A stretch of DNA of 64,000 bases from Lytechinus pictus (taxonomy: Eukaryota). Of this stretch, positions 1-12,067 are shown in pieces (positions within the stretch are counted from its first letter, which is position 1; each line of letters begins with the position of its first letter). The translations under genes were made by a program, and so were the position numbers. Under the pieces are notes generated by a model. It worked only from the letters and a program-made list of their open reading frames with translations. It made no database searches and was not told where the DNA came from. The stretch is taken from assembly GCF_037042905.1 (NCBI RefSeq), contig NC_087250.1, positions 18,104,001-18,168,000 of the forward strand, written 5' to 3'.

Positions 1-629
1 TTCAGGACCAGGTGGTGAGGACCCGTGCCTACGAAAAATCTATCCTCAGAAGAGACACAGACGACACTTGCAGGATGTGTGGAAAAGAGACCGAAACAAT
101 CATGCATTTGGTATCAGCATGTTCGACTCTTGCTGGAACTGAGTACATCACAAGACATGACAATATTGCCAAAGTTATCCATTGGCAACTACTGAAGGAT
201 CGCGGTAAAATGACTTGTGATCACGCTTGGGAACATCAGCCACAAACGATCACCACGATCAATAACAGCACCATATATTGGAACTGTGGCATACTAACGG
301 ATAGAACCATCAACTGCAACAAGCCGGACATCATCGTCAGAGACAACAACGTAGTAAATATCATTGAGGTCTCTGTTCCCCATGATATCAACATTGCTGT
401 AAAGGAAAGAGACAAACGGCTCAAGTATCAAGACCTAAGGATTGAGATCGAGAGGATGTGGAACGTGAAAGCAGAGGTCACACCAGTCATCATTGGTCAC
501 TCAGGAATGGTGAAGAAGGGAATGGAAGCCTGCATAACCAAGATCTCTCCTCACCTTCGGATGTACGACATTCAGAAGGCAGCTATCTTGGGTACAACCA
601 GATTGATAAGAAAGACTCTCGGACATTAG
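1..629 (+). mobile_element. 3' end of an RLE-type non-LTR retrotransposon ORF (R4/Dong/NeSL-like): CCHC zinc knuckle plus restriction-like endonuclease; truncated by the window edge
   Basis: CRMCGKETETIMHLVSAC zinc knuckle, then RHDNI, KPDIIV..IIEVSVP and KRLKY motifs; TAG at 627-629. Confidence 0.88.
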
Positions 630-709
630 TAGTGTAAAGTTCCTAGTTGCACTTGAAATTACTTGGTGCTTTTTGTTAGAGCAAAGTTATTCAAGAAAAA
701 AATACGGAC

Positions 710-837
710 NNNNNNNNNNNNNNNNNNNNNNNNNNNNNNNNNNNNNNNNNNNNNNNNNNNNNNNNNNNNNNNNNNNNNNNNNNNNNNNNNNNNNNNNNNN
801 NNNNNNNNNNNNNNNNNNNNNNNNNNNNNNNNNNNNN
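710..837. other. Assembly gap (128 N)
   Basis: Run of N. Confidence 1.
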
Positions 838-892
838 ACCCAGGGAAGCCACTTCAGTTCTGAAAACTGTTCTCCCAGCGGGCCCTGCTATC

Positions 893-1095
893 ATTTTTAC
901 CCCGGCTTAAGCTGGGCAACCAAGGTGCTCAAGCATTCGAGGAATTTCTTCCTACCGGGTACCCATTCACCTCACCTGGGTTGAGTGCAGCAGTGTAGAT
1001 AAATTTCTTGCTGAAGGAAATTACGCCATGCCTGCGATTCGAACCCACGACCTCTGTTTCAAAGTTAAAATAGTAATCCATTGGGCCACAACGCT
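893..1095 (-). mobile_element. tRNA-derived SINE, partial; same family as 24840-25127
   Basis: GATTCGAACCCACGACC is a reverse-complemented B box; the body GGTACCCATTCACCTCACCTGGGTTGA..AAATTTCTTGCTGA is shared with the copy at about 25 kb. Confidence 0.8.
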
Positions 1096-1797
1096 TCTAT
1101 ACACTCCACAGATTGTTGCGTCCCTTCTGACTGAAAAAAAACCACTAGACACTCACTGCCCATTCTGGAAGATGTGTAACCCAAATGACCTTCATTTTGG
1201 AGTAAAACCGCTTTTTCTTTTTTCTTTTTTTTTTCTTTTGGGGGGGGGGTGCTTTCAAATTTCTTGGGATCAATTCGACCTCCATTTTGTAGTGAAAACC
1301 TTGTAGATGAACTTTTTTTTTTTTTTTTTTTTTTGGCGTTTCAAATTTTGGCCTACCATCATTCAGCACCCGGGCCAGGAAAAAAAAACGTTGGGAAAAT
1401 TCAATAAAAGATAAAAGTAGTTTGCATTATGGATTTCATTGCGCCAAACACGCATTGAAGTGGCGTGCAGTTTTATAACATAAAACGGTTAAGAGAGAGA
1501 GAGAAAGAGGGTGGGTATGTTACATTGATGGTTGAGTGATCAGTACATGCAAAAGCTTATTGTTCAGTTGAGCATCAGTCGTTACGTGTGTAATGCGTCA
1601 TTCCAAGCAATGAAAGGAAAGCGATATTGCATTAATAATAGTTATTAATGAACCTTGACAAGTATCTGTTTTGTATAAAACATGTATAAGCCTCTGTGTT
1701 CTTGCTGCACTATGACATCTGAAATCAGTCTGTTACATGTTCGGAAGAGTTTGTAAACACTTTTTTTTTACTTTTTCAAATTTCTTTTCGCACCCTG

Positions 1798-3671
1798 GAG
1801 GGGCAGTTTATAATCACTCGCGTCGCGTGCGGGTTCGTAATCACTCGCGTTTTGAATTTTTGGCGATTTTTTTATTTCGGTGCGATTTTTTTTTTAACGG
1901 TGTATTCAATGGGACAGACATGCAGAGAAATAAAATGAAATTGAAATTCGAGTTTCGTTTTAAGCCGGCAATTAAGTGCCTTAAAATAAAATGTACTCGA
2001 CTACTGTTCTAAGTACCAAGAATAGATAACACGCTTGATCCGCCCCAGACAGCTGGCAGCAGTCTGTTTCGAGGAGTTTTCAAACATTTTTTTTTTTAAT
2101 TTCTCTGTATTTGGTGAGTGGAGCCAACGGAGTTCAGCGGAACAACCAACATAATTAATAAACACAGAGACCGAAGCTTTTGGTCAAGATCAGCCCCTGT
2201 GGCTGTGCGCGCTCTCACGGTAAAAATTCGCGCGACGATCAAAGCCAAGGTACCGTACCGTACCGGTGCCTTTCTGAAAACTGAAGTTGTGGGCTACATC
2301 ATTCATCCAGGCCCCTGATCCAACTCCAAGCACGAGGTAACTCAGATTGAGCCAAAAATAATGGATTGGAAAACAGAAGACATGGCTTCAGGGAGTCACA
2401 GGTAATAAAAAATTCCTAATATTACCGGTATTTGTTATTTATGTTTTACGTTCTCAGTCTTCCCCTTATTTTATCTTCTCTTTCTCTTCTTCTACATCCT
2501 CCCCTCAATTTTCTCTTCTTAGTTTCATTTTTACCCCCCTTATGTCCTCCATCTTCTTTTTTCTTCTACTTCTCCTCCTCCTTCCTTCTTGCTTTTCTTC
2601 TTCAGCACTATTTTCCTCCCTCATTTACGTTAGTGTAGAATAATTCACAAAGAAAGGGAGAAGCAAGATAAATAATGATATTATGAATTTGTAGCACCTC
2701 ACTATGCTTTATAAAGAATACCACAGACTTCAGGAGAAAACCTCCAAAGCTAAATCGAGAGTAGCCTTTCCTCCTTTTTCTTTTATTCCTTTCTCCTTTC
2801 TTTCTCCCTTCCTTCCTTGCTTCTTTCTTCCTTTCTGTCTGTCTGTCTTTTTTTTTCTTTCTCTTTTTCTCCCTCTTTCCCTTCCTTTCTCCCCCCCCCT
2901 CTCTCTCTTTTTTTAGGGGGAGCATCCCCCCGCTTCCGCCGCCTATGGCTCTAAGATTTAATCTGGCGTGCAATGGCCTACCGTAATTTACGTGTAGGAA
3001 TCATTTCACCTGATGAAATAGTGAATGCTTCCAGATCATTTCGTGTTCCAGCAACAGTATTATCGTCTTCGGCCTCAATCATAAATATTAATATGTCATT
3101 GAAGCCCTCGCTGGCACGCTCATGCATTGGATGATTTTCACCGACCAAAAATAAACAACAACAAAGACATAAGAGATTCAGTGAAATTCAAGTTAGGTGT
3201 CAAGAGGCTAAGAGTGTCGAGAGAGCACGAAAAAGTAAAAACGTGTACGACTTGCACAAGAATCTTTTTAAGGATACCGTAGACATTAGTTCGTGTGTTT
3301 GCGTGTGTTTGCGACCAATAACTTCAGTACAGTGCCGGTACCAAATTGATCAGTGTGCGGAGAGAGAAGTACATGTTGGAGTAAATGGGAGATAACGATG
3401 TGGGATGTACACAAAATTAACAGAAATCAGGTCAAATATGTGGAATGTGATTATCTTAAAACAGTGGTCGAGAACATTTTATTTAAGGCACTTGCCGGCT
3501 TAAAACGAAACTCGAATTTCATTTTCCCAGTACGTTTGTCCCATTGAAGACACCGTTAGAAAAAAAATCGCACCGAAATTAAAAAAAAAAAATCGCCAAA
3601 AATAAAAAACGCGAGTGATTACCAACGCGACGCGAGTGATTACGAACGCGAGTGAATATAATAAGCCCCTG
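1798..3671. mobile_element. Non-autonomous DNA transposon with ~200-bp imperfect TIRs (hAT-like CAGGGGC terminus)
   Basis: 1798-2012 is the reverse complement of about 3455-3671 (AATCACTCGCG sub-repeats, TTTAAGCCGGCAA); no transposase; TSD not evident. Confidence 0.7.
2455..2912. repeat. Low-complexity polypyrimidine (CT-rich) tracts
   Basis: Composition of 2455-2625 and 2765-2912. Confidence 0.8.
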
Positions 3672-3818
3672 GAGGAGGGGGGGGGGGAGGGTCACTGCCA
3701 TTAAACAGTGGGCAGCATCCACGACAAATAAAACGCGGAAGATGGGGTGTTTTTCACGGGTCGGAACGGAACGCGAATACAGTGTCAAAAACGCCCAAAA
3801 TGAAAAAAAAGGCCTCTA

Positions 3819-4015
3819 CACAGTAACAAAATATATACAACGCTGATTACTATATAAGAACCTTACAGTAATTGTTAAATCTTAAGCAACAAAGTTTAAT
3901 TTTCAATATCTAATCTTCAATAAATTTAACATGATTATTTAAACGGTTAAACAATTACTGTAAGGTTCATGTAGTAAACAACGTTGTATAAAATCTTAAA
4001 CAGCGTTTCACTGTG
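3819..4015. mobile_element. Palindromic MITE with TA target duplication
   Basis: TA|CACAGT..GAACCTTACAGTAATTGTT ... AACAATTACTGTAAGGTTC..ACTGTG|TA. Confidence 0.7.
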
Positions 4016-4482
4016 TAAATCACAATGGCCTACAACGCGAATATAGTTGCAATTTTCACCAACTGCGACGTCAAGGCTGTCAGGGTTCGAATCTCCCAAT
4101 ATTAACATTGTACCAAACACAGGAAAGGGGGATATTTTCCCAACGTGACAGAGATTAAAAAATGTTTAAACATTATCTTTTACATGTGGAATAAAATGTT
4201 GAGATCGGCATCTTCCATTCAGTATATTGACCTGTGAGTCAACAGTTATATCATTTTCAAATTAATAAATAAATAATAATTTTTGCTCAATGTGTAAAAG
4301 TTCATGATTTAGCATGAATATAATAACAAGAACATTTTTTTCATCTACACAAGATCAAGGAGAAAATTTAATCCTATATATAAAGCCTTGATTAGATTGT
4401 ATTTGTGGTCCCCGCCAGGTCATCATCCAACCAACCTATAGAGAAGATAGAATATGGATCCGAAATGAATACAGAGGCTTAG

Positions 4483-4975
4483 AGGGGAAGTTCACCCTGA
4501 GGAACAGTTTGTTGTTAAAATAGCAGAAAAGATTATATAAAACATTGGTGACTGCTTGAGGATAATACATTAATTATTGAAATACATTCAAAGATTTAAA
4601 AAGTTAATAGAATTTCAAGTTTGAGATTTGTGACGTCTTAAACGGGCAGCTGCTCCATATGTTATGTATTATAAAATGCATGAAATCTCGTTTTTTTTTT
4701 TAATGGTTTGTGATGACTTATTTTTTTGTTTTGCTTTTAGGAGCGGGTGTGATTAATGTTTTGTGTATTGATATACTCAAGGTTCAATAAAAATTTTTCT
4801 ATTTTTCTGAGAAAATGACATGACATTGATTTCTTAGCATGTACCAAAGCTGCTCGCATATGACGTCACAAATCAAATACCTTTTTATTTTTTGATGGAT
4901 TTTTTCAAACCTTAAGCATTTTTTTGTCTTTCTGCTATAATTACAATAAACTTTTTGTCAGGGTGAACTTCCCCA
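4483..4975. mobile_element. Kolobok-like non-autonomous DNA transposon
   Basis: TIR GGGGAAGTTCACCCTGA / TCAGGGTGAACTTCCCC; degenerate TTAA flanks (TTAG / TTGA). Confidence 0.7.
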
Positions 4976-5064
4976 TTGAGCCCGCGTTCAGAAGCTGCTT
5001 CAATAAGTATCCGAAAGTCTCCCAGGACAAAATTATATGAAACCCCTTGAACATCCGCTGAATT

Positions 5065-5460
5065 TTCAATTGATTCCAATTGCTTTCAATTTGGATTCAA
5101 TTGGTATCAGTGTGTGGGTTTCAATAGGTCCAAATTAGAAACCAATTCAGGTTCTATATTGTAGGGTCAATTGGTCTCAATTCGGCCAACTGGCCTCATT
5201 AGAATTGAATGTTGGGACCAATTGATGTAATTGGTCTTCAAAAGGTCTTCAATTGGTCCCCAACAGCATTATAATGGGACCCTGTAAATGCCCGATTGGT
5301 TTCAGACTCTTTTTGATTGGACCCACTGGGCCACTTGGTCCCCGAATTGGTTTTATTTGGGACCAAGTGTCAATTGGGACAAACAGTCAATTGGTTTCAA
5401 TTGGGACAAACAGTCAATTGGTTTCAATTGGGACAGGGTAACCAATTGGCTTCATTTGGG
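5065..5460. repeat. Degenerate CAATTGG-based minisatellite, including a 27-bp perfect tandem
   Basis: Many CAATTG palindromes; CAATTGGGACAAACAGTCAATTGGTTT occurs twice in tandem from 5371. Confidence 0.75.
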
Positions 5461-7199
5461 ATCATGTGATCAGTTTATTTGCATAATATTCGCATAAATA
5501 CAATTTATTTTATTGCTTTGCAATACACTTTTTAATAATTTACCATTTTCCAGTGATACATTAGTTTGAGAAACAAGTAAAGAATCAGTAACAAAAAATG
5601 AAATACCCATAAATGATGAATGGCTCAATTGCCATGGATTAAAATTTTATTAGTAGAAAACTAACCATAACCAAACCACACTAAACGATAAGGTATATGT
5701 ACATGCTTTAAACAAATGCTCTTCACAAGATGGAATATAAATTTGCACAATATATATCTGCCCTTTCCTGGATAACTCAATTATAAATAGATATCACATA
5801 GCAAAAGAAACGATCAACAGTCGTGCATAAAGTCATTCGTATCGTACCAACAGTTTTATGAAACGCCCCCCTGGTCTCATTCGCATTTACTACATGGATG
5901 ATGGGCATGGCAAAATATATACCCTTAAGAGTCGACACTTCTACTTAATCTAGTAGAAAGGGTTATTATTAAAACGACAACGCACAAAACTCATATACAA
6001 TTACATAATGACATAGCCTACCTGTAATCTTGGCAGTAGTAAGTCAAAAGTCAACATCGATGCAATCGATGAGTTAGGTTCACATAGTTACAGCTAACGA
6101 CAGAGTTCTGGCTTCTGGTGGATAGGCCTACTGGTAGTACTACCCCCGGGGTACTACCATCATTCACAGTCATATAATGAAAACAAAACATTGAATCAAG
6201 ATCGAGTAATGATGATTTTGATGTAAGAAAATCTCTAGCCTCTTATTGTAGGAAGAATAGCATTGAAGTTTGAGGAAAGTCCTTGACACAGCTAGGTCCT
6301 TTCTGCTCTGGGATTCGCGTTGCATGTGCTTTTGCGTATGATTATGGGTGTGTACCTACATGACATAAGGGGTATTCCCCGTTACGTGTAAAATGCAGCC
6401 GCCGTGCTTAAATTCTACCGATCTCCAAGTTCTTGGCGTTCTAAAGTCTCGTTTGACTACTCGCTCTTTATAAAATCATAAAAATGAGGTTTTTATTGTG
6501 GTGGGTGGCGTCAGAATTTGCTGTTTTGGGGCCTAACTACGCGGGTGTGATTCGACGAAAGTAAATATATACTTGTATTCTAAAGTTTGTATAGATTAGA
6601 ACTGCACCAAACGAGCCCTGAGTCTGACGCCATTCGGGCCGCGCGCAGTATGCACCAACCAAAATACATTTTATTTGTCCCAAAATTACATAACACACAT
6701 TAATAGAATGATATCATCAGTGACCAATCAGCGACAAATGTATCACCATAGACACTGACTGTGTATCCTCATTAATTATGATTCATACACATCCATGTAC
6801 TACATGTACTAGACTACGTGTAAATGTGTGTATATTAGTGCATGACTACACTTTGAGTGCAAAGAACTTGAATGCTGATCGTCTGACTCTGGAAAATGAA
6901 TGGCATTAGAAAAAATGCCGGAAAAAATGTGTTTGTTGTTGATCAGCGTGCGTATTACAGATAATACAAAGTTCTGTGACCTACAGTTGTATTCACTCTG
7001 AGAATAACAATGCAAAGGAAATTTCAAAATCCTACACAAATCGTTGCAATTTTTATATAAAAAAAACATTAAAAACAACGATGCAATGTCACTGTTATCA
7101 AGAATTTCTTTCGTTTCCTTCCATATAATACACATCTGTGAATGATTTGATTTATAATGTAAAAAAATGCGCAAATTTATAAAAAGATCGCATATTATA

Positions 7200-7490
7200 C
7201 AGTGCGTCCCAGAAAAAACGAAACCGAGATTAAGCGATGATTTATCATAATTTAATCACAAATACAATAGACAAATGACCTACCAATGTAAGGCTTAGAA
7301 TCTCCTTTTTCATCTGATATTGCTTAGATTATTCCTTATTCACGCATGAGTGAGCAAGAACAATTTGAAGAAAGGACACCAAAAACTCATTTGGCGGGGG
7401 TATCTGAATTTCAAAAAGAAAATCACGTGCCTAAAAATTTCAATATCTGCTCTTTTATTTGATACCTTAATCACAAAAAATGGTCAAGAA
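7200..7490 (+). mobile_element. Tc1/mariner-like terminal arm of a non-autonomous family
   Basis: TA|CAGTGCGTCCCAGAAAAAACG; about 290 bp matches the reverse complement of 22525-22809; a related end is at 61264. Confidence 0.7.
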
Positions 7491-8350
7491 GTAAAAAAAG
7501 TTATTTTCCCTCGAAACAATGCTTGTATTTCCATAATTTCATTAAATAAACGCGTTTTCACCGGTTTCCCACAGAAGCTATCGCATCAGCAGCGTAACAG
7601 GGGTCGGTGGCCAGCCCGGGGGGGGGGGGGGGGGGGCAGGAGCAAAAGTTTTCCCGGTCATATCATGTTATGAACAGGCGTAATGGTGTAATGAGGCGAC
7701 AATTTTTAGAGGGCCAGATATTGCGTATCGGCAGAATTTCTCTTTAAAAAAAGTTGCGAGCGAGCGAAAATCCAATTATGTGATAGATTTTGACATGATA
7801 TCCAGAGAATAATATATTTCATTCTTCTCTCTTTCCATTCCCTTTTTTGTGGTCTGTACCCCACTGTAAACAGGATTATTTGCAGCAGTAGCGTGAAGAG
7901 TACAAAAAACGAGGGGCACAGTATGGCGCATGTGCTAAAAAGCTGCTTAATATAAATCCCGAGCGACTAAGCGAGCGAGAAAAAAATCACCTTTTCATGA
8001 GAATATAATTTTGAGAAATGTTTTGTCATTATATTCAGTAAATAAATTCACATTCCTTCACTTTTCATTGGCTTTTCTTTCCTCCTTTTTTTTGCTCTTG
8101 GTTGTAGAACTTTTGGGGCCGTGGCCCAACCCTTCCATACTCATATGCGGCATGGCAAATTGGCAATGCGGTTGTGGTCTTGATATCAAAGCCATTTAAA
8201 CCTCGCAGATTGCCGCTATTTTTAATCAAATCGCGGGTACATACAGAAAATAGCTTTTACACAACACATTTATTCAACCCAGTTGCGTAATGAACCAAAT
8301 ATTTTTCAAAAATTTGTAACAAGCCGCCAGCCGTTTTTTACAGCTCTCCT

Positions 8351-9240
8351 TTTGGATAACATAAAATGAGACATCTCCCATCTTACTTGAAAATTATTTT
8401 AATATTTGTGGCATTAGGACATTTACTATACATTCGATGGATAAACGAATTTAAGTTGTGTAAAAAAATAAAACTGTTGATAGTTTTCACAAACTTTTAT
8501 TTTGAGGAAATCGTGGTTTAATATGTCACTGTACCATATAAATTATGTGTGTGTAATATTCAAATTTGAAATGTATATTTAATAGACTTATAATTTGAAA
8601 CTCCAAATAAAAAAGGATCGCATATCAAAGATAATCAAACATTTTTACATATTCCGTCAAAATATAAAAATTCGTGATTTTCGACATTCTTTCAGATTTT
8701 ATGCTAAAAATGACACTTTCACGCAAAAGTGCACTTAATATCTGCCCGTACGTTAATCCTCAGTATTTCTGCAAGACTTAAAGCTGGGATGCTAACAATT
8801 GACAAATTTTGATATCCAAAGTATAAAAACTCGTTTTAGTATGTACTTATGCATGTAATTTTGGACATAATGTACCGTATTTTCAATTTTTCTTTCAAAA
8901 TGCACAAATGGTAAAATACGCATTGTCTTTTCGGATAACATAAAATAAGATATCGTCCATCTTACTTGAAATTCTTTTAATATTTGTGGCATTAGGACAT
9001 TTGCTATACATTCGATGGATAACCGAATTTAAATTGAAGAATTTAAGTTGCGTAAAAAACTTCAAACTATTGATAGTTTTCACAAACTTTTATTTTGAGG
9101 AAATCGCGATTTTATGTTTCACTGTGCCATATATGTGTTGTGTAATATTCAAATTTGAAATGCATATATACTTTTAGCTGGGATGCCAAGTATTAGCAAG
9201 CATTAACAAATTTTGCCGTTCAAAGTATAAAAATCGTTTT
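8351..9240. repeat. Imperfect direct duplication of about 230 bp (8351-8580 vs 8931-9170) inside a DNA-transposon remnant
   Basis: Shared GGATAACATAAAAT..GTGGCATTAGGACATTT..GATAGTTTTCACAAACTTTTATTTTGAGGAAATCG..TTCAAATTTGAAATG; Kolobok-like end CCCCTTTAA near 9367. Confidence 0.7.
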
Positions 9241-9493
9241 GGCCGGTCTACTATAAACATGTTGCCTATCAAACCGTTGCAACTCTGAGTAATTCCTTTT
9301 TTTTCTTCTGCTATAGATATAGCATGCCCTCTCAATAATCTTATTTTCTTTCTCAAGGCCCCTTTAACATCGATTATTGTGATTTTATTTAGTTTTTACC
9401 AAAATGCAATGCCCTTTACTCTTAAAAAGTACACGGTTACAACAGACGTTGTTTATCGTTACAGTGTGCATATACCGAATCCTTGGCTCCTTA

Positions 9494-10698
9494 GGCTGGG
9501 TTCACATAGAAGTATACGGTATACGGTATTCGCTATTTGCCATTCGCTATACGCTATACGGGCATGGCGGGTCACATAAAGGTAGCACGCGTGTCTTACT
9601 TTAATATTCAAAATGGATACTTCAGACGAAGAAGATTTGGCTCTTCTCCTACTGGCCGAGGCTGAGGAGGTACATAATTATAAAGTTAATTTCTGAAAAA
9701 AAAGAAAAGAAATCATATTTTTTCTACATAACTTACTAAGATTCGAAAATAAGCTTGTTTTGGACTAACTTCAAGCAGAGAAGTCACCTCTGCAAATTAT
9801 TAAACTTCTATGTAATACAACTTTTAATGATTTTTTTTTAATGGGGTTAATTCAGCCAGTCCGTCGAGATGGGCTTATTTGCGCCATATGATTTTACACA
9901 CTAAAAACTAAAATTTTATTTTGGGGGAGGGGGGGGGGTTGAGGAATGTTATTGGAAATACTGCAGCTATGTTTCCAAATTTATATATCAAGATTTCAAA
10001 CCTGTATCAGCCTAATTGATTTTATCAATCATTCCTATTTTTGCTTTGATGACGTCATTTTTAGGGGGGGGGGGGCTTGATTCTACTCCCCCATCCCAGC
10101 TTTGTGAAATCATAGCAAAAGTGAAATAATAAATAAATCATTTTATAAACGATATTTTCTTGAATGAAATCTATTTCCACATTATTATCGACTTATTATA
10201 AGAATAATTAAGTAATTAATTAAACATGACTCAGCGATACACAACAACATAGGTCAAGTAGCCTTCGCTGCGGACCTTTTTGACCTTGTATCTTCAGTCA
10301 TTTCAAGGTCAAAAAAGACAGAACGAAAAATGCAGAGCCCACATAAATCATATAATAAACTCTGAAGTGCTGAATAACTTAAATATGACGGCATGTGCTA
10401 GAAATTTCAACAAAAAGAGTACCAAGAAATCATTTCATTTGAACTTACCTCATTTAACCAACGCACACATTAAATATTATAGGGAAATTCAGAACACCAC
10501 CTGCCACGTCTGTATACGCTGCACGAAAGAGTACGATTCCTACTATACTATACTATACGCAGCTATACGGCATTTTTGTATAGTGCCCTCTCATGTGACC
10601 CGGTATTAGGAAATCCTATTGTTCGATTCAAGCTATTCGCGTGCCCTCGAAAACGTGCACTGTATACCCGAATAGTATACTTCTATGTGAACCCAGCC
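9494..10698 (+). mobile_element. PIF/Harbinger-type non-autonomous element
   Basis: Perfect 24-bp TIR GGCTGGGTTCACATAGAAGTATAC; 3-bp TTA TSD on both sides. Confidence 0.85.
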
Positions 10699-10855
10699 TT
10701 ATGGCAACATTGCCATCCAATGGTAACGCTGATCAACAGCCAATCAAAATCAAGCAGCAACTGAACCCTTGTCTACATAGAGGCTCGTTTGAGGAAACAT
10801 TTTGCTAATTGTAATTGTACCGCCCTCTACGTCGCGAAATGGTGTGAAAACCGTA

Positions 10856-11035
10856 ACTGGGCGTTGTGGCGTGCGCCTGTAATCCAGGCTGTGGGGAAGT
10901 TACAAATTGATACATAGGTTCTCGGGGTTCGAGCCCTGGTCACATCTTTCGGATGGTGACGTTAATGGTCGGTCCCAGACGAAAATAATCATTTTTGATT
11001 GATGCACGTCTGACAAAACTCAAATCACACATCAT
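10856..11035 (+). mobile_element. SINE with a 7SL-like 5' head, a B box and a Deu/Nin-like core
   Basis: CTGGGCGTTGTGGCGTGCGCCTGTAATCC resembles the 7SL/Alu 5' end; GGTTCGAGCCC; TCTTTCGGATGGTGACGTTAA; CA-rich tail. Confidence 0.65.
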
Positions 11036-11581
11036 ACGTACAGGTTTCACTTGCACTTTTGGTATCAATTAGGAATAATTATTTTCAAACCCGACTACAT
11101 AACTGTTTCGTAGTTTAAAAAATTGCTTTTGCTTCCCCTAAGAAGGAAAAGTGAATGAAAATATGCTTATTGCTAATTTTTTTTTTCTTTTTGAGTGAGC
11201 GCCCTGCGTGGCTGCCTTTCACTCTGTGCTCTAAGTTTTGTCATTTTCTTGAGTTATTCTGGAATATCATTCTTATAATTGTGTGTTACCTGTATTGTAT
11301 ATGCTTTGTGAATCTCCTGGACCATTTTTGTGTCGTGTATTTCAGAAATTTGGACGAAAATCAGTAATTTGGATTTGAGGTTTGTACACTCTCTGAGTAC
11401 TTCTTGATTGTACAGTAGCCATACTACAGATTTCATGTTCATGTACAGCATATGCTTGTGCACTCAACTGCACTATTATGAATAGGCCTTTTCCCTATTG
11501 TATCTGAAAGAGCCACTAAGTATCTTAAGCTCTGGGCCTATTCACAACTAAGTGATACTAAAGGTAAATACAATGGAATGA

Positions 11582-12022
11582 ATGAGGTGTTTGTTTATTA
11601 TGAGTCTAATTCTGACTCTTCTTCCATATACATGTAGGGCTGCCTGTCACATCTATACAGCCCCATGCACTTATAATGCATATCCTAATGTGAAGAATTG
11701 TAGTGATATGTCTTTGAGGGTAAAAAGGTTACTCAAAAGCATGTATTATAAGAATGCAAGCCCCACTTTTCAACTAACACTACTAACCAGTGGGGATATT
11801 GAAATTAACCCTGGCCCTTCTCCTAATGTATCTAAGGATCATACATGTATGATTGATAACAATACAAAATGTATGTACAAGTATAGTGTTACAGAACTTT
11901 TACAACTTAACCCCTACAATGTCAACATAAGTCTGCCTCGCAAGACCCTTCGGATTGATGATGAGACTTGGCAGCAAATTACTGCACTGCGGATTAACAG
12001 AGTTAAGAAGACACACAGATGA
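11582..12022 (+). CDS. N-terminal part of the LINE ORF: hydrophobic leader plus 2A-like peptide; same frame as the APE-RT ORF, cut by one TGA
   Basis: LLTSGDIEINPGP ending at 11818; 11582 and 12068 share a frame; reads THR*KRAGR across the stop. Confidence 0.75.
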   Translation: MRCLFIMSLILTLLPYTCRAACHIYTAPCTYNAYPNVKNCSDMSLRVKRLLKSMYYKNASPTFQLTLLTSGDIEINPGPSPNVSKDHTCMIDNNTKCMYKYSVTELLQLNPYNVNISLPRKTLRIDDETWQQITALRINRVKKTHR

Positions 12023-12067
12023 AAGAGAGCAGGAAGACAGCATAGGGATAACTTAGAGAAACTCTCC

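Noticed and set aside
663-984. ORFs spanning N runs (also 22086-22356)
   Set aside because: Artefacts of assembly gaps.
2432-2973. Hydrophobic or Lys/Arg-rich ORFs
   Set aside because: Products of CT-rich low-complexity sequence.
10856-11035. Functional 7SL RNA gene
   Set aside because: Similarity covers only the first ~40 nt; no S domain is recognisable.
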